In this document: positions 12,486 to 24,789 of the stretch, piece after piece
How the letters are laid out: each line of letters starts with the position of its first letter
Position numbering within the stretch: position 1 is the first letter of the stretch
Source: Felis catus
Lineage: Eukaryota
DNA: 64,000 nucleotides
Assembly (NCBI RefSeq): GCF_018350175.1
Contig: NC_058368.1
Location: forward strand, 229,650,001 to 229,714,000
Direction: 5' to 3'
Notes under the pieces: generated by a model
What the model was told of the DNA's origin: nothing
Database searches by the model: none
What the model saw: only the letters and a program-made list of their open reading frames with translations
Translations under genes and position numbers: made by a program

Positions 12486-13893
12486 GGTTCATAGGGTAGG
12501 TCTATTTTTAATTTTCTGAGGAACCTCCACACTGCTTTCCAGAGCGGCTGCACCAATTTGCATTCCCACCAACAGTGCAAGAGGGTTCCCGTTTCTCCAC
12601 ATCCTCTCCAGCATCTAGAGTCTCCTGATTTGTTCATTTTGGCCACTCTGACTGGCGTGAGGTGATACCTGAGTGTGGTTTTGATTTGTATTTCCCTGAT
12701 AAGGAGCGACGCTGAACATCTTTTCATGTGCCTGTTGGCCATCCGGATGTCTTCTTTAGAGAAGTGTCTATTCATGTCTTCTGTCCATTTCTTCACTGGG
12801 TTATTTGTTTTTCGGGTGTGGAGTTTGGTGAGCTCTTTATAGATTTTGGATACTAGCCCTTTGTCCGATATGTCATTTGCGAATATCTTTTCCCATTCCG
12901 TTGGTTGCCTTTTAGTTTTGTTGGTTGTTTCCTTTGCTGTGCAGAAGCTTTTTATCTTCATAAGGTCCCAGTAATTCACTCTTGCTTTTAATTCCCTTGC
13001 CTTTGGGGATGCGTCGAGTAAGAGATTGCTACGGCTGAGGTCAGAGAGGTCTTTTCCTGCTTTCTCCTCTAAGGTTTTGATGGTTTCCTGTCTCACATTT
13101 AGGTCCTTTATCCATTTTGAGTTTATTTTTGTGAATGGTGTGAGAAAGTGGTCTAGTTTCAACCTTCTGCATGTTGCTGTCCAGTTCTTCCAGCACCATT
13201 TGTTAAAGAGGCTGTCTTTTTTCCATTGGATGTTCTTTCCTGTTTTGTCGAAGATGAGTTGGCCATACGTTTGTGGGTCTAGTTCTGGGGTTTCTAATAT
13301 ATTCCATTGGTCTATGTGTCTGTTTTTGTGCCAATACCATGCTGTCACTGCTAGGAATCTATCCAAGGGATACAGGAGTACTGATGCATAGGGCCACTTG
13401 TATCCCAACGTTCATAGCAGCACTCTCAACAATAGCCAAATTATGGAAAGAGCCTAAATGTCCATCAACTGATGAATGGATAAAGAAATTGTGGTTTATA
13501 TACACAATGGAATATTACGTGGCAATGAGAAAAAATGAAATATGGCCTTTTGTAGCAACGTGGATGGAACTGGAGAGTGTGATGCTAAGTGAAATAAGCC
13601 ATACAGAGAAAGACAGATACCATATGGTTTCACTCTTATGTGGATCCTGAGAAACTTAACAGGAAATCATGGGGGAGGGGAAGGAAAAAAAAAAAAAAGA
13701 GGTTAGAGTGCGAGAGAGCCAAAGCATAAGAGACTGTTAAAAACTGAGAACAAACTGAGGGTTGATGGGGGGGTGGGAGGGAGGAGAGGGTGGGTGATGG
13801 GTATTGAGGAGGGCACCTTTTGGGATGAGCACTGGGTGTTGTATGGAAACCAATTTGTCAATAAATTTCATATAAAAAAATTAAAAAAAAAAA
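12486..13893 (+). mobile_element. Young felid L1, 5'-truncated with 5' inversion (twin priming)
   Basis: 12486-13346 is antisense ORF2 ([14 protein letters not shown]...[14 protein letters not shown]...KIDLPYEP). 13346-13893 is the sense ORF2 end (LLGIYP...SLLCGS*), 3'UTR and A tail. TSD agaagattctct at 12474-12485 and 13894-13905. Confidence 0.97.
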
Positions 13894-15327
13894 AGAAGAT
13901 TCTCTCGTTGTGAACTGTTCTTTTACAACAATCAAGTCTTCGTAAATACTGTTTTACTGATCTGGTTTTGATTTGCATTGTTTCTAGATTTTTGACAACC
14001 TTACTTTTGGATTTACTTTTATTTCTTCTGTCTAAAAATTCTGTACATTCTGAAAGGCTCATTACTCCCTCCATGTCGGCTCTTTTCTCCTTAGTATCTG
14101 TCTTAGAAAGCTTTGTCCACCTCACAGATTCACAATCCGCCTACGATGTTGACCCCTTTCTATTTCCAAAGTGCCTATCTACAGATCCCTCTTTCATGCC
14201 TAAGTTGGTTCAAATGTAGTATATTCCATATTCATCTTCATATGTCATCAATAATACTCCATTTATTACCACTAGAATTTCCATGTTGATTCCAAAGAGA
14301 GGTATCTTTGAAAGAAGGATTTGCAGAGGGTTCTTCTTTCCCCTCCCCTTTCTTTATATTCTTTTTTTTCTTTCTTTCTATTCTTGCATGATGTCAGCTA
14401 TCAATAAGAGAATAATAAGTCTGCCTACAGCTGGATGAAAGCCTTTGCTCTATAACCCGGGTCCTTAGGAAAGCCATAAATATTAGAAAAGACAAAATTC
14501 TGGAATTGTTTCACATATAAATGTCACAGTCAAGATATAGGTTCAAATACCACTATAACAAAACTCAAATTAATGGTTTAAACTAGATAGTAATTTATCT
14601 GTCTCTGACATAAATTTTGAGATCCAGGGAAACCCAAAGGTTCTTCTTCATCAGGACATCGAACAACCCTGGTTCCACCTCCCCTAGGGATGCTCTGAAA
14701 TCTTTGGAGTCAACCACATGATTCGAGGTTGCTCAACATCATGTCTACATTCCAGGGGGCAAAGAAGGCGAGGGCCATCTTTTTCCCTTTAAAAAGCACA
14801 TCTCTTCTTCCTCATCTATATCTTCCAGAAACACCAAAACCTCTATTTTCTCTTTGATATGTCTCCTCTCTTCCATACTTACTCAGGTTCTCCTCTCCTT
14901 AACTCTCAAAACCTCATTCATGGGTAATTTTAGCATGCTACAAATCACACTCCCTGAGTGGAGGATTTTCTAAGCGTGGTCACTAGTGAGTTCTAATCTT
15001 TTTCTGCAGAACAAATGATATGTAACATTAACTTGACTACACACTCCAATGGACGTAAATCGTGTGAAATTATAGAAAAAAACTGTAACTCCACTTTTGT
15101 TTCATTCCCCCAATAAATTTCACCAAAATTTAAGAATTTTCTTGATTCCACGAAATTATTAAAAAATTACTATAGAAAAAATTTTAATAAAATATTGTGA
15201 TGGAATATAATTGCTTCATATATTAACAAATCCTCATGATGTGTCATCAGGTCATCCTTGGGTTGAAAGCCCCTGTTTTCACAGTGAAACAATACGGTTA
15301 ACATTGTTTCTCTACACAAAACATATC

Positions 15328-15545
15328 AGGGCTCCTGGGTGACTCAGTCGGGTAAGAGTCCGACATCAGAACAGGTCATGATCCCGCGGCTCATGAGTTT
15401 GAGCCCCACAACATCAGGCTCTGTGCTGACAGCTCAGAGCCTGAAGCCTCCTTCAGATTCTGTGTCTCCCTCTCTCTCTACCCTACCCCCACTCATGCTC
15501 TGCCTCTCTCAAAAATAAATAAACATTAACAAAATTTAATTAAGA
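15328..15545 (+). mobile_element. SINEC_Fc
   Basis: Head, CT tract, AATAAA tail. Confidence 0.93.
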
Positions 15546-16332
15546 AAAACATCAATTGCTTCTCATTGTCTGGAGCTTGGAACTAAACTCTTTCACCTGG
15601 TTTTCGTACTTTTGCATTTAGAGCTTGCTACTGGCTAAAAATTCTACATGGCTCTTCAATCAACGACTTCTTCTGCCTATAGCAGTTATTTTCCATGTCT
15701 GAGCTTTTCTTTGGACTGCATTGTTTGCTCACCAGCACAGGGGTATGTGAAATTGGCCCCATGGAATATCATACTTGTTTTTTAGCAGCCATCCTATTAC
15801 AGTCCTAAGTCCACCAACAAAAATGTATGCTTACCTACAGAACCAAAGACACACAGTCTTTTGATAAATCCCTGTTGTTGTTGTTGTTGTTTATCACAGA
15901 AACTTCTGTTTTCTTGCCTGCCTAGTTTTGTTTTTCCTGTATTCTGAGTAGCCAATGACCTTACCTTCCTCTCCAAAGATGTCCTGCTGCTTAAGGCAGC
16001 ACATGAAATAAGAAGATAATGGTAATTTTTTCCCAACTCTCCATTTGTCCTTATCCTCTTCATATTAATAATGGGAAAGATTTTCCCCTTAAAAATACTT
16101 TCTATTTCTCTATATTTTGATATACATTATGAGTCAAGGTATCACACAACGGGGATTAGATTTATGTAAAGATAAGCTAGTGAAGATCATGACTTACTTC
16201 TAACTTATGATCCCCTGTGGAATTTTAAGCATTCAGCACTATTTAGCTCCTAATTGGGTTAAACTAGAAATCACATTCATTTTCAATTTATCTCAAAACA
16301 AAAGCATTTATTTATATCTTTACCTTAGAGTT

Positions 16333-16334
<2 letters not shown>

Positions 16335-16363
<29 letters not shown>

Positions 16364-16594
16364 TTTTTTAATGTGTATTTATTTTTGGGAGAGAGAGAGA
16401 GAGAGCCAGCATGAGCTGGGAGGGGCAGAGAAGGAGACACAGAATCCGAAGCAGGCTCCAGGCTCTGAGCTGTCGGCACAAAACCCGATGTTGCGGGGCT
16501 CAAACTCGTGAACCACGAGATCATGACCTGAGCTGAAGTCAGATGTTTCTGAGCTGAAGTCAGATGTTTAACCGACTGAGCCACCCAGAACTCC
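16335..16594 (-). mobile_element. SINEC_Fc with (TAAA)n tail and internal 21-bp duplication
   Basis: TSD tagagtttt at 16326-16334 and 16595-16603. Confidence 0.95.
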
Positions 16595-19169
16595 TAGAGT
16601 TTTCTTTTTAAGCTTCACTTTCCATGTTATTTTTATAAGGATCACTATCTCCTTAAAAACCTGCATACGTGTCACTTTGACTTTGTTTCACCAGGTAAAT
16701 AATAGAAGGTATAAATATGAACTAGAAGGTACATACGTACATATATTTGCACTCTGCCTGTCACTTCTTGCCACTTTCCACAGTTTATCAGGAGCTGCTC
16801 CACTGCTGTAGTGCTTCCAAGCTTGTCATGTGTCATTTTTCAGTTGCCATTCATAATATGGCACCATTTTCTGTATTAACACTTAACTGTCGAGGTGCTA
16901 TGCAACATAATCACATTCCTCCAACATAAAACTCTCACCTCCATGGCCAGTTTAAATCAACAGGGTCAAGGGTGAAGCCTGGTTTGGTCTGGATAAGAAG
17001 AAAGAGAGAGGGAAATAAACATGAAAATTAAGAAGAAGGAAAGAGGGAAATAAACACAAAAAATAAGCATTCTGGGTCCAGCTATAGAATTAATGTCCTT
17101 GCATTCCAAAGCACATTTGGCAAAATATAATTATCTGTTACTCTTTCTAGGATCCCCTGTCCATAGTCATAATCCAAGAATATTCTGAGCTCTCTGCAAA
17201 ATGGAAGACTTAGATCAATGGTCTGACAGTAATTTATAGATGTTATTTGCTGATTGGAGTCTACAAAGCCTATATAATCGGTGCGCATAATTGAATAAGT
17301 CTACAATCGTCATCAATTTGTCCTCCTTTCAAAACCATAAGCACCTCTATATTATTATCATGCTTGGGTGTGAGATGCATCATCCTTTGTTCAAAAGAGC
17401 ATTATAAGAAAGATTGAATAAATCAGCTTGTTTCGGCAAAATCTGCTTGTTGTCTTGGAAATTTCTCCCTGAATTCTTCCTGTGATCTCCTAGCATTTAA
17501 TGACCTTCACTACAAGCATCAAGGTCTTTCTTTACAGGCAGGTGGGACCAAATACTCTGTATCACCCCCATATCTAAAATCATGAGACCTAATGAATACT
17601 AAGGTTGCATAGATCCTACATGAAACCATGTAGAGAGTACAGACCCTATGAGAAAATAAAAATATAGGAAAAGCCACCATCACATACATTAGATAAGGAA
17701 ATACAAAATGATGTTCCACTCCAGTGATGTAAAATCCTAGGAATCTTATAAATTTAAATTTCTGAAGCTAAGAAAGGACTCTCACAAACATGGCACAATC
17801 CAATTAAACCATCAAATGCTGACTGTTCTCAGAAAGAATATCAATGTTCTCACTGTCCAGGAGAAAATGATACAGAAGTGACAACTGATAGATGGTTTTC
17901 AGAGATTAGTAAAGTCAACTGGCAACTTTAGCATATTTATTAAAGTTCCATCTTATTCTTGGTCAAGAAAAAGAACAGATTTGGGGTTTTGTGGTTTTTT
18001 TTTTTTTCAAAATAGAAACTCAGTGCAAGACATAGGAAAGAGAAAAAGTAGCCTCTGGAGAAGAGAAGTATAAAAACATAAAAAGGGGAGGGTTTGGTGG
18101 GAGCTTGTAAAATGAATAGAGCAATGAAGCTAAGCCATAACACAGAAAGATGGTAAATTTTGATATATCATGTTTTGGCCAGCAATGGAAGTTGGCTTAC
18201 TGGGGAAGAGACAAAGATGGCCCTGGGGAGTAATAGAAGCAAAGAAGCGGAGAAAGAAAATATGCTGTGTATAGTCTCATAGTTTGGAATCTGAGTTTAA
18301 TTTTTAAAAAGTCAGGTTTCATAAGACAGAGATGTACAGAAGCAAATAAAATTTTCTAACATACAAGCGAGTATATCTGAAACTCTGCTCCTTTTGTTTT
18401 TTATTAAATCCAATCTTGAGTCAGATACTTAATTCTAGATTTCACTACAACAATACAAAATTTTTAAGCCAAAGAAAACCTCCCCTCAGCATTTTCAGGA
18501 AGACTTAGGAATTGTATATAAAGGCACTGTGGCTATCATTTATTGAATGCTGATGAATCGGAAGAGAAATTCATGACTGTATTATCAAATCATTCTGGTT
18601 CAGCATGGTCAAGAAATAAAATCTGTAGACTTTCTTAATAGATACTAACTGTCCTTAATGCTCAGACTGCCAGTTGTGAATAGCTAAACGTGGTTACTAT
18701 ACTTATCACTGCTTTACAATTCCTACATTCCTACCACTTTTTCCAGCCACAAGACCCACCTGCAACCTAAATATACTTCCTTGTCTTTTCTTCTCTGCTG
18801 ACAACTACAATTCCACCCCAGTAGTATTTCCTATCTCAGGGTTGGAACACCCAGTCCTTGCTTGATGCTCCACACTGACACTAACAGCCAGCCAGCCACT
18901 GCGTAGGTGAGCATGTGATAAATATTTAGTCCAATTTAGATAGTCGGACAAAGACTAGTATTCCTATACCATCTGCCACCAGATAAACGGAATTTCTTTT
19001 ACAAAAGGTTTCGTTTAAAACTCGTCGTCCATGTGAACTTCAAATCTTTGTACTAATTATTATTCAGGGTTTGGTAACATTGAAAGTCAAATGTCATCAT
19101 CTACATTTGAACTTAACTATACACCATGAGTATTATTCCATTTTGTAGTAACTTTACTTCCTTAGCACC

Positions 19170-19939
19170 TAAGTTAGTAATCTATTGTTACGTAACAAAG
19201 TACCATAAAATTTGTCAGACTAAGGGAACATGTATTTCTTTTTTTCTCTAATTTTTTTTAATGTTTATTTATTTTTGAGAGAAAGAGAGAGAGAGAGAGC
19301 ACGAGCTGGGGAGAGGAAGTCACAGAATCTGAAGCAGGCTCCAGGCTCCGAGCTGTCAGCACAGAGCCTGATGCGGAGCTTGAACCCAGGAACCGTGAGA
19401 TTATGACCTGAACCGAAGTCCGGCACTTAACCAACTGAGCCACCCAGGTGCCCCGGGAACACGTATTTCTTATATCAGAGTTTCTGTGAGTCAAGAATCT
19501 GGGCACATTCTTTCCAGGCGCCACTGACTCCATGTGTCATTGGCCTGCAAGCCAAGAGCCAGCCAGGGCTCATCTGAAGACTCAACTGGGGAAAGATTGA
19601 CTTCTGAGCTCACAAGGTTGTGGGCCACACTCATTTTCTTAGTTTGTCACAGGCTGCTGACTGAAGGTCTTCCTGGTGGTCTAGGAAGATGTGAGGGAAG
19701 CTCACACAGGCAATTGCCCTCCATCAGAGTGAGTAAGCAAAGGAGAAAGAGAGGGTGTGCAAAATGTCTCTTTATAACCCAACCCCAGAAGTAACACTCT
19801 TCCCCCGACCCCCGCCATATTCTAATTGTCACTAGTGGGTCACCAGGTCTAGCTAACACTTGAGGGAAGGAGATTACAAAACACATGACAACCAAGAAGA
19901 GATCTCTGGGGACCATTTTAGGGGCTGCCTACCACCACA
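19170..19939 (-). mobile_element. MaLR (MLT1-like) LTR interrupted by a SINE
   Basis: Termini tagtaatctattgttacgtaacaaag...ggctgcctaccaccaca match reverse MLT1. Confidence 0.75.
19241..19454 (-). mobile_element. SINEC_Fc with 17-bp TSD
   Basis: TSD gggaaca(t/c)gtatttctt at 19224-19240 and 19455-19471. Confidence 0.96.
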
Positions 19940-19969
19940 TCACATTTAACCGCTGATTCCCTGACTCCC

Positions 19970-20572
19970 TGTAGTAGACAAAAACTGAAATGACCCCAAT
20001 GACTTCGGCCAGTAAAACATCCTCCCCTTTGAGTATGGATACAATATGATGAGATACCAATCTCAAGAATATGTTCTGTGAGAGATTTGAATATAAGGAG
20101 GGAGATTATCTGTGTGGATCCGCATGAATCACATGAGCCCTTTAAAAACAGAGAATTTTCTCCATTAGGTGAGGGAAGAAAAAGACACAGAGAGTACAAG
20201 GTTGGGACAGACTTAAAGCACAGGTGATTATTGATGTTGACTTTGAAGATGAAGGGGTCATATAGAAAGGGACAGAGAATAAGGAGCCCAGGCTCACAGC
20301 CAGCAAGAGAGCAGGGATCTCAATCTTCTTGCCACAAGGAAATGAATTCCTCTAATATCAAGAATGTGCTTTGAAGCAGCTATTCTCCAGAACCTCCCAG
20401 TGAGAACTTACCTCAGCCAACATTTTGACTTCAACCTTGAGATCCCCACAGCAGAGAACCCACTCGCATTGTGCCAGACTTTGGACTTGCAGACTGTGAG
20501 ATGATAAATGGATGTTGCTTTAAGCCATTTAGTTTGGGGTAATTTATAATGCAGAAAAAGCAATTAATCTAT
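19970..20572 (+). mobile_element. MaLR (MLT1-like) LTR
   Basis: tgtagtagac start; gggagattatc..., gactttgaagatgaagg, ctttaagccatttagtttggggtaattt end. Confidence 0.8.
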
Positions 20573-20879
20573 ACATGTAACCAACATTAGTGTTCTGTGG
20601 CAAGTTCCCCCTAAAGATTCTTGAGTGTTAAGATAATCTTATACAAACATAAGCATCTATGCAGTGGATTCTTCCTTTTGGATGTTTTTAACAGTATTAC
20701 TGTTACACACACACACGAATATATATGAGTGCATATATATGATAATATACTATAAATTATATAAATATATATATTTAATTATTTTTTACTTACCTCCAGG
20801 AACTGCTTGTTCATTTACAGATTGGATCTTCCCCCAAGTTCACAGCCATTAATCTAAATTAGTATTCCTCTAAGTTCTG

Positions 20880-21645
20880 TGGGTGGTTGACAGCAAAGTC
20901 AAAAATATTTTCATGATCATACACAGACTTTCGGTGCATTCTTCACTCTCACGCTCTCACAAGTGGAGATTTCCAAAAACTACATAAGGTGTGTAATCAC
21001 CACAGACCGAACGTAGAAGCAGCCGTGACCATCCAGGTGTCTTCTAGTTAGTCAGGCACGAAAGAGGTTTTCAAAATGAAAACAATGCCATTCTGCTTGC
21101 TGTTATTTCTCATCTTGAAAGACATAATTCTTTGCTATAAAATTATTTGTATCTTAGTAATATTTACTATCATTATTTGTGTAATGGGTTTAATATTATT
21201 TTTAAATAATTCACTAATTACCTTTTTCAATTTAATTTTCTATCTTTTTATTTCTTTAATGCTTGTTTACTTTTGAGAGAGAGACAGACAGACAGACAGA
21301 ATGCGAGCAGGAGAGGGGCAGAGAAAGAGGGAGACACAGAGTCCAAAGCAGGCTCCAGGCTCCGGGCTCCAAGCTGTCAACACAGAGCCTGACACGGGGC
21401 TCAAGCTCACAGACCATGACATCATGACCAGAGCAGAAGTCAGACGCTTAATTCACTGAGCCACCCAGGTGCTCTTAACTTAAAATGTTTAATGAATTCA
21501 TACATAATGATTTTCATGTTTCCTCAATATTAATAGTTTGTATGGCAAATATTGTTAGGTATAAACCATTTAAATGAAAGTTGCTTGGCTTTTCCATGAT
21601 TTTTAAAAGGGTAAAGTAATTCTGAGACAAACAGTAAGAACTCCT
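20880..21645. mobile_element. hAT-Charlie-like relic interrupted by a SINE
   Basis: gtagaagcagccgtgaccatccaggtgtcttctagttagtcaggcacgaaagag...aaaacaatgcca resembles a Charlie 3' region. Confidence 0.6.
21225..21474 (-). mobile_element. SINEC_Fc
   Basis: SINE body with an extra ggctcc unit. Confidence 0.92.
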
Positions 21646-22763
21646 AACCTATACCTTTCCTTTTTGTAAGCACTTTGATACTTCACTGTGGATGAACCAC
21701 ATTTTATACTGGAATAAATGTTGATTTTGTGGCAGTAAATTCCTACACCTTTTTGTCTCAAAATATTCTAGCAAAAGGTAGAACCTAAAATATACAGGCC
21801 TTCGATCCAGCAGCCCCACTTCTGGGAAACTAGTCCAGGGTAAGCAGAGGAAAGAGGAAGGAAAATGTAGTAGCTTAGTAATCAGCTTACCCTCCAGGTA
21901 ACAAAGACACCCAAAACGTTCATTAACACGTAACAGGTTTAAGTTGCATTCACGCAGCGTGTCCACAAAGAGACAGAGGGGATTTAGGTCCAACAGGGCC
22001 AAGAAAAAAAAATTTTTTTTTTTAAAAACTGTTCTATGTATTAGACTATTTATAAATGCATGGGGTCAATTGTGCAAAATATAAGACACTAGCACTAACA
22101 CTAACAATACTCAAATACACCACATTAGCGTTGTGATAAAAACTAGATTACTTTATGTGGAAATGATTACAAAGAAGTCATAGAAACGTTTTTAGGGATT
22201 GCTTTTAAGGCAGTTTAAGGTGGAAGTCTATTACTGTCAATTGTTTATTCTCTTATTTCGTCAACCTCAATATCTTTTCTTTCTCTTTGCATATAATTCT
22301 GCAAGATGTACCCATACTTGTCTTTTCTATCAGTTAAATTTTAAGAGAAATATGTTTTAGACAGAAGGCTTTGGATGATGCTCAAAATAACATTTCTGTG
22401 AAGTTTCTTTGACAAATAATTAAATTTGAAGTGTGTATTTAAGTTTCAGGTGGGCAATTGCTGCCTACTAGATTTTTTAAGCCAATAAAGCACAAGCAAG
22501 TTGTACAGATGACAGATCTAAAAGTTCATAACTTTTTTCATCTAGCAGTCTATCACAGAGAGAAGGAAAAGTGGTTGACATATTTTTGGACAGTGATAAG
22601 ATTTTCAGAACATGAGATTTTCAATTAGTTTTCAAACTAACATTCCACTTTTAAAGGTGAAGAAAGATATCAACGAGGTTTTTCCTGAGGCTTTGAGTAT
22701 ATGAATTAGATGCTCAAATCTGAGTAATCCACCAGCCACACTTACATAAATCAAAAATATATA

Positions 22764-22970
22764 GGGGCGCCTGGGTGGCTCAGTCGGTTAAGCGTCCGAC
22801 TTCAGCTCAGGTCACGATCTCGCAGTCCGTGAGTTCGAGAGTCGCGTTGGGCTCTGGGCTGATGGCTCGGAGACTGGAGCCTGCTTCCGATTCTGTGTCT
22901 CCCTCTCTCTCTGCCCCTCCCCCGTTCATGCTCTGTCTCTCTCTGTCCCAAAAATAAATAAACGTTAAAA
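22764..22970 (+). mobile_element. Young SINEC_Fc
   Basis: Intact CpG-rich head; TSD aaaaatatata; followed by (TA)11. Confidence 0.96.
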
Positions 22971-23059
22971 AATATATATATATATATATATATAACCCCC
23001 AAATAATGCTAGATTTGCAAATCAACTTTTATATCAAATTACTCTTACGACGAAAGATT

Positions 23060-23255
23060 ATCCCTTTCTCCATTGCTGGGGAAATGGGGAATTGTTGCTC
23101 AAGGAATATAAAGTTTCAGTTATGTAAGATGAGTAACTTCTGAATACCTGGCATACATTACGCGGATAGGTAACAACACAGCACTTCACACTTAAAATTT
23201 TGTTGAGGGTAGATCTCATGTTCATCTCACTACTGTAAAATTTAAAAAAAAAAAT
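23060..23255 (+). mobile_element. Old L1M 3' end
   Basis: ggggaaatggggaattgttgctcaaggaatataaagtttcagttatgtaagatgag...gagggtagatctcatg followed by an A tail. Confidence 0.75.
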
Positions 23256-23907
23256 CAAAGCTACAGAAAAACTTCTTCTTTTTTCTGTAAAGCAACCAAA
23301 GTATTTCATTTGAGTCTTAGGGACTGTAATCCAGAAAATACAAAATTAACCAAAATTGAAAGTGAGTTCTGAACTGTGAGCAGGAAGCACAGGCTTCTAA
23401 AGGTGAAATCCACAAGGTTACATAAATTGTTTTGGAAGAATTATGATTGGTGCTAGCAGAATTTAAGAATCTGATACACCATTGGCTACAGAGAAACTAT
23501 TTTAAATATACAAGAACTTGCAGAATTCTACACCCAGGAGTCCTCCTTGAGGAGTCTACCAGATCAGGAGCTTCGTCCAGCAAGGTTGTAGTAAAGAAAC
23601 TTCAGCAAAGGCCTAATAGTGAGCAATTTAATTTATATGTACCCAAGATTAAAACAAAGTGGCATAGTGGTGGAAAACTAGCATACCGAGGTAGCACGTT
23701 GTGACAAAGTAGTAATAACAGAACCAAAAATGAGAGAAAGAAGAAAGAGGAAATCAAAATATGATTGATACCTGATTGTTGTACAAGAAATACTGTTAAA
23801 GGATATCATTAAATACTGTTAACCTGGGTGGTGAAATAGTAAAATAGTAAAAAAAAAAAAAAAAAAAATAGTAAAAAGTAAAATGGTAAAAAGGGAAACA
23901 TAGCAAA

Positions 23908-24781
23908 TGTAACAGAAGACATGTCTACTGACACTAACTCTTCTGGGGTTCCCGGACCCAATTCTAATATGGGGAAAAGGTGTTTCCCCACACACACACC
24001 AAGCAATTCTTGGACACCAGCATGACGTCTGAGAATTAAACCCAATTCTGACGCCATCTTTCCAGGGCATCAGATTCCACAGGTTAAGGGTTTAGTCCCA
24101 CAAGACTGTGCCCCTCCCCATGCCACCCCAGCTTCAGACACCAGGCCCAAGCCCCTGGCTGTCACCGGTGCTTCTGACCCACTGGCTGAGGTCAGACTGA
24201 GGGTTCCAGCTGCCTCTTCCTCAGATACTTTTAATTTGCTAGAGTGGCTCACAGAAGTCAGGAAAACATTTGCTTACATTTACCAGTTTATTAAGAAATA
24301 TGATAAAGGATATGAATCAATAGGCAGATGAAGAGATACATAGGGAGAGGTATGGGGAAAGGGCAAAGAGCTTTCATGACCACACCAGGGTGCACTCTAT
24401 CCAGGTTCCGCACGTTCACCAACGCTGAACCTCTTTTCGAGGGTCCTTCTGGGTTTTTACGAAGGCTTCAGTGCATAGTCATGATTGACTAAATCCTTGG
24501 CCATTGGCTGATTCAATCCCCAGACTCTCTCCCCTTCCTAGAGGTCACGGGTTGGGGCTGTAAGTCCCAACCCTCTAATCACATGGTTGGTCCTCCTGGC
24601 AACCAGCCCCTATTCTTGGGTGGGGTCCAACTGTCAGCTTCATTAGTAAGGAGACACCCAGGTGATTTTTATGGCACTGAAGCCTTTCAGGAACTATGAA
24701 TAAAGACCCAATGTATCCGACAAATATGTTTTGATCATAATGACCCCTAATGTCATGTTTCTTATAAATCATTATGTCACA
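23908..24781 (-). mobile_element. MER21-like solo LTR
   Basis: Reverse start tgtgacataatgatttataagaaa; hallmark caattctgac...cacaggttaaggg...cccacaagactg; paralog at 46.8-47.9 kb. Confidence 0.8.
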
Positions 24782-24789
24782 ACATACAA

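Larger units (their letters stand above)
11960..13997 (+). mobile_element. Old solo LTR (probably ERV1) split by two L1 insertions
   Basis: TG start (tgtgaagataaaag), CA end (ttttgaca), flanks atct/acct; LTR-like text resumes after the L1 TSD. Confidence 0.5.

Noticed and set aside
12422..13408. 328-aa minus-strand ORF as a host gene
   Set aside because: It is the inverted L1 ORF2 segment, with a start borrowed from the antisense of the non-inverted part and a stop in flanking DNA.
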